This document shows, piece by piece, positions 60,731-64,000 of a stretch of DNA of 64,000 nucleotides. The stretch comes from a virus, in IMG/VR virus record IMGVR_UViG_3300029267_004179, positions 1 through 64,000 of that record; one strand, 5' to 3'. Within the stretch, counting starts at the first letter, position 1; each line of letters begins with the position of its first letter. The translations under genes and the position numbers were made by a program. Under the pieces are notes generated by a model that had not been told where the DNA came from, searched no databases, and saw only the letters and a list, made by a program, of their open reading frames with translations.

Positions 60731-61649
60731 CCAAACTCCTTTATATTTTTATTTTTCTTCTACTACTGAACAATCACTTGGACCGCCTACCCATGAGTCA
60801 AGATAAGATTGTGCTTCTTGTTGTGATTCAAATTCAACCGGTGTTTCGCCTTGTCCTTCAGGACTTTTTTCAAAAAAGCCAAGTCCTAATATTTCACCTA
60901 CAAATAGCCCACTTGTTTTTTTGATCTTATGCAAAACGGCATGGTTGTTGTTCCTTTCATTGCCATATTTTGTTTTCATTCAAAATCATTCATATTTTTA
61001 TTTTTATTTTTAAGCTCAAGAAGTATGTCGGCTAATACTTCTTGGATCGCTTTGACATCTGCTTGTAGCTCATCAACCTTCTGTTGATTTTCTATCGCTA
61101 TAGTTTTGGTCGTGATGTATTTAGGCTTGTTGGTGGTCTTGTTGAGCATGATGTTTTCAAACCAAAGAATAAAGGGAAAGACAATAGTGGCAGTAATAAA
61201 AACAATAAGAACACTCTTCCATATATCCTTTTTAAGTTTCATATCTATCCCCTGTTTATAAATACTTTACAACATATCCGATTAGGTCAGAGACTCCATG
61301 CCCCATTTCACATCCTGCGTGACAACTTATCAGAGCCAGTGGTTGACCTATAAGGATTTCCGGCATAGTATACCCATGAACAACAGCTACCAATATCTGT
61401 TGGGCATGGTTCTCGTTGGTGCAGCTATCGTCATACACCTTTCCACATAACCGGCATCTATACTGGAATATTGCTGTTTTCATATCTACCCCTTGAACTA
61501 TGGCCTCAATCACTTATGAAGTAATAATGTAAAAAAAGATTAGTCAAGACTGCTGCAAGAAAACAGGAAATTACAAAGGTAGCAATATACATTTCCCCTT
61601 ACAGCTTCTTCACTAATTTTTTTATTTAAGAAGTCATTAATCTTTTTCA

Positions 61650-61942
61650 TTATTTATCATATTCTTTCCTTATTCCTATGGCGTTAATTCTCATAGTAAG
61701 CCCTTTAATATCACGACTTATTTCTTGTAATGAATGGTTCATCTCTTCCATTGTTTGGCTTATTTGATAAAGACCGACTTCTTTTTGAGTTTGAAGCCCT
61801 ACCGATGTTTCTACTAATTCAGTTTTGGGCGAGGCTTCCTGTACTCCTTTTGACATTATTAGTGGAATTAACACAGAAAAACAACACCAAGAATAGCAAA
61901 CACAATCATCAATTCCATAAAAGTTGCACCTTTACTACCCAT
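61650..61942 (-). pseudogene. Type IV prepilin-like protein, frameshifted at a T5 run
   Basis: MGSKGATFMELMIVFAILGVVF then SVLIPLI in the -1 frame; G|xTxxE signature. Confidence 0.6.
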
Positions 61943-62363
61943 ATTTATTTTCACAGCCTGTATCCTCCCCGATCATATTTTTAAAACCATATTTGACTGC
62001 TACGGCTTTAAAGAGTGGTAAACCATATTGTGCATAATAACTATCAGCGGAATCTTTTAATTTGTCATCAAGAACCCAAAGCCACATCTTAACAACGGCA
62101 AACATAAAACTTGCAGAAATACCTCTTTTGTTCAATGCCTTTTCAAACCCAAAAGCTATATCGCTTTCCAGTTGCTTTAATACATTTTCTTCTGTGAACT
62201 CTTTCGGCGTCCAACTTTTACCTTCTACCAACTCCATGCCAAGTAGGTCAAGTTTGTCTTCAGGGAAATAATCTGCAAGACGCCGGAAGTCACGTCCATC
62301 AAAGCAACGCCTTTCAAGCTCTTTAGTCTTAAGGGCAGTATAGATGTCTTTGAGTGTTTTCAT
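61935..62363 (-). CDS. Hypothetical phage protein
   Basis: FGFEKALNKRGISA...YAQYGLPLFKAVAVKYGF. Confidence 0.75.
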   Translation of the reverse strand: MKTLKDIYTALKTKELERRCFDGRDFRRLADYFPEDKLDLLGMELVEGKSWTPKEFTEENVLKQLESDIAFGFEKALNKRGISASFMFAVVKMWLWVLDDKLKDSADSYYAQYGLPLFKAVAVKYGFKNMIGEDTGCENKYG

Positions 62364-62781
62364 TTTTCAAGCTTCCTTAATGTAATTACGTTTTCCATGG
62401 TTGTCCTGACATGACCCTTAATATCCGGGGTTATTCTGGTTTCAATTCTAAGGACGAAATATAGCTCTTCACTATCCATAAATCTTACACGCCTCCCGTG
62501 AGGTGGATTAAAGATAACATTCGTTACCCTTTGAAGTTGAGTTCCCTTTTCATTGACAAAGACCGTTTCTTTCTTGTATCTCATGATTACACCTTCTTAT
62601 AAAAAAACTTCCGTGGGATGGAGGGAGACCTATTTTTTTTGACAAGAACACCTTTTTGAACCATGCCTTCAAGCAAATCGTGTTGGTAGCATTTAAGCTC
62701 TGATGGAGTATACCAAACTTCACATTCCATTCTTTTGAGAATTTTGTTCTGTACTTTGCTTAATCTTTTCATATGTGTAAT

Positions 62782-62806
62782 AACCGGGGCAATAGATGCC
62801 CCGGTT
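62782..62806. terminator. Perfect 10-bp GC-rich hairpin downstream of the Hc1-like gene
   Basis: AACCGGGGCA-N5-TGCCCCGGTT; weak U-tract. Confidence 0.5.
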
Positions 62807-62833
62807 CCTTTACCTGTTAAGATACAGTGGGTA

Positions 62834-63076
62834 TTACCTTCTCACCCTTCCATCATCTTCACTTTCCCTGCTTTTTCTTATGGTGATTATATCTTTCCTG
62901 ATTTTTGTCGCAGCTTTGATCAGCACCATCATTTCTTTCCTTACTCTGGTCGCTGCAGCCTTGACGCCGGCATCAAACTTTAATGCATCGTTTTTGATTC
63001 CATGGATTTTCTCTTCATTGAAATAATCAGTGAATAGTTCGTCGATGCCTTCTTTTATTTTGACTTTTTGCCCCAT
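62834..63076 (-). CDS. Histone H1-like (Hc1 family) protein
   Basis: DALKFDAGVKAAATRVRK.M....K....IRKDI. Confidence 0.75.
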   Translation of the reverse strand: MGQKVKIKEGIDELFTDYFNEEKIHGIKNDALKFDAGVKAAATRVRKEMMVLIKAATKIRKDIITIRKSRESEDDGRVRR

Positions 63077-63396
63077 AATGCTTCCTTTCTTTGTATCTGT
63101 TATAGTTAATTGGCTAATAAAACAACAAATCAGTCATCACCTCCTTTTACGCCTTATTCTTTTCAAACTACTTGTCCTTTTCTTTTTACTGCTTGGTGGC
63201 ATACTCCTTATTTCTCCACAGTCATAAGCATAATTTGCCCATAGCCTACACTTTGTGCATTTTTTAAGCTTTGGGTGATTCACATCTCCCGGCTTTCTTT
63301 TCGACATCTCTATACAAACTTTTAAGTTAACATGAATTTGCCTTCTTTTGCAATAAAAGTAATTATCCATAATCTGTTAAGACTTTCTTATTTCCC

Positions 63397-63468
63397 TTTT
63401 AAGGCCTATAAAATTTTTACCCTATACCCTACTATTAGTTTCAAAAGATCACATACCCTGTGTTAAAT
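63397..63468 (-). repeat. Dispersed element, copy 6
   Basis: Reverse complement reads ATTTAA...GATCTTTTGAAACTAATAGTAGGGTATAGGGTAAAAATTTTATAGGCCTTAAAA. Confidence 0.93.
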
Positions 63469-63631
63469 TGCAAATAGCTATGTTTGTATTTATTATAAGC
63501 CTTAAAGGGGCTTTATTTGTTAATTAAAATTATTAGCTAAAATCTTGTCTGTTGATTAGTATAGTTAATAGGGTTTAAGTTTAAAGATATTTTAAGTTAA
63601 CCAAAACATCCTTATGAATGCTTGTTTTCAT

Positions 63632-63762
63632 AAAAGAAAAAAAAGAAGAAAAAAAAGAAGAAAAAAAAGAAGAAAAAAGAAAGAAAGAAAGGTTTATAAA
63701 GAAAGAAAGAATAAAAGAAGAAAATAAAAGAAGAAAACAAAAGAAGAAAATAAAAGAAAAAA
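63632..63762. repeat. Polypurine low-complexity tract with 12-bp AAAGAAGAAAA(A/T)-type units
   Basis: ~130 nt of almost only A/G. Confidence 0.85.
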
Positions 63763-64000
63763 TGACTGTCAACTACCATGAAAAAATGGATACGTTTGAA
63801 CAGAAGTAGTAAACAAACTTGTTGTTAGCAGAAGTAGTTGTTCAGCCTTCGGCTGTCTTCGCATGACATAGTCATGCTACGATTTTTAATTGCTATAAAT
63901 TTTGCTCAAAATATTCTTTTAAAATCCATATAGACTTTTAAGTTTTTTAAGACTATAAAGAATCTTTCTACTAAAAAGTTTTTGCGATATCAGCATCGTT

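Larger units (their letters stand above)
56702..63370 (-). other. Minus-strand accessory region of ~22 small ORFs
   Basis: Continuous minus-strand ORF tiling with RBS and overlaps; converges on the late operon at 56702-56705. Confidence 0.85.
1..64000. mobile_element. Segment of a large tailed phage (siphovirus-like) genome; no boundaries visible
   Basis: MuF, scaffold, capsid, neck, tail tube, chaperone, tape measure, endolysin and holin-like genes in canonical order, flanked by arrays of small phage-type ORFs; no cellular housekeeping genes. Confidence 0.97.

Noticed and set aside
63581-63809. Lys/Glu-rich and Phe/Ser-rich ORFs on both strands
   Set aside because: By-products of the low-complexity purine tract.
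1-64000. Stop-codon reassignment
   Set aside because: Long genes are intact in the standard code and all three stops terminate genes; the few in-frame stops are of different types.
1-64000. tRNA, rRNA, integrase/att sites
   Set aside because: No cloverleaf/T-loop signatures, rRNA or recombinase motifs were recognised by eye; a tRNAscan run would be needed to be certain.

Overview
The whole AT-rich window is part of a large tailed (siphovirus-like) bacteriophage genome. It shows no host genes, integrase, terminase, portal, polymerase, reverse transcriptase or tRNA. Layout: (i) 1-11.4 kb, + strand, densely packed small accessory ORFs (NADAR, Lar-like, receiver-like, DUF3310-like, MazG-like, HTH). 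(ii) 11.5-56.7 kb, + strand, morphogenesis and lysis: an extended MuF protein, scaffold, P22-type major capsid, an unusually large (~18 kb) block of fibre/LamG genes, neck and tail genes with a frameshifted tail chaperone, a 2215-aa tape measure, tail-tip genes, a GH43-like hydrolase, a PAS-PAS protein, an M15A endolysin and holin-like genes. (iii) 56.7-63.4 kb, - strand, small accessory ORFs (3D domain, frameshifted pilin-like, Hc1-like), then a non-coding region. The most striking unexplained element is at 24232-24518: a 27-bp inverted repeat enclosing a strictly 72-bp-periodic array of two alternating motifs with variable spacers. Its first unit resembles the 3' end of the adjacent gene. 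Also notable are a family of six fixed-length (72-73 bp) dispersed intergenic elements, two of which form a perfect 77-bp inverted pair 17.5 kb apart, and an apparently split structural gene. All family assignments come from motif recognition by eye; no searches were run.
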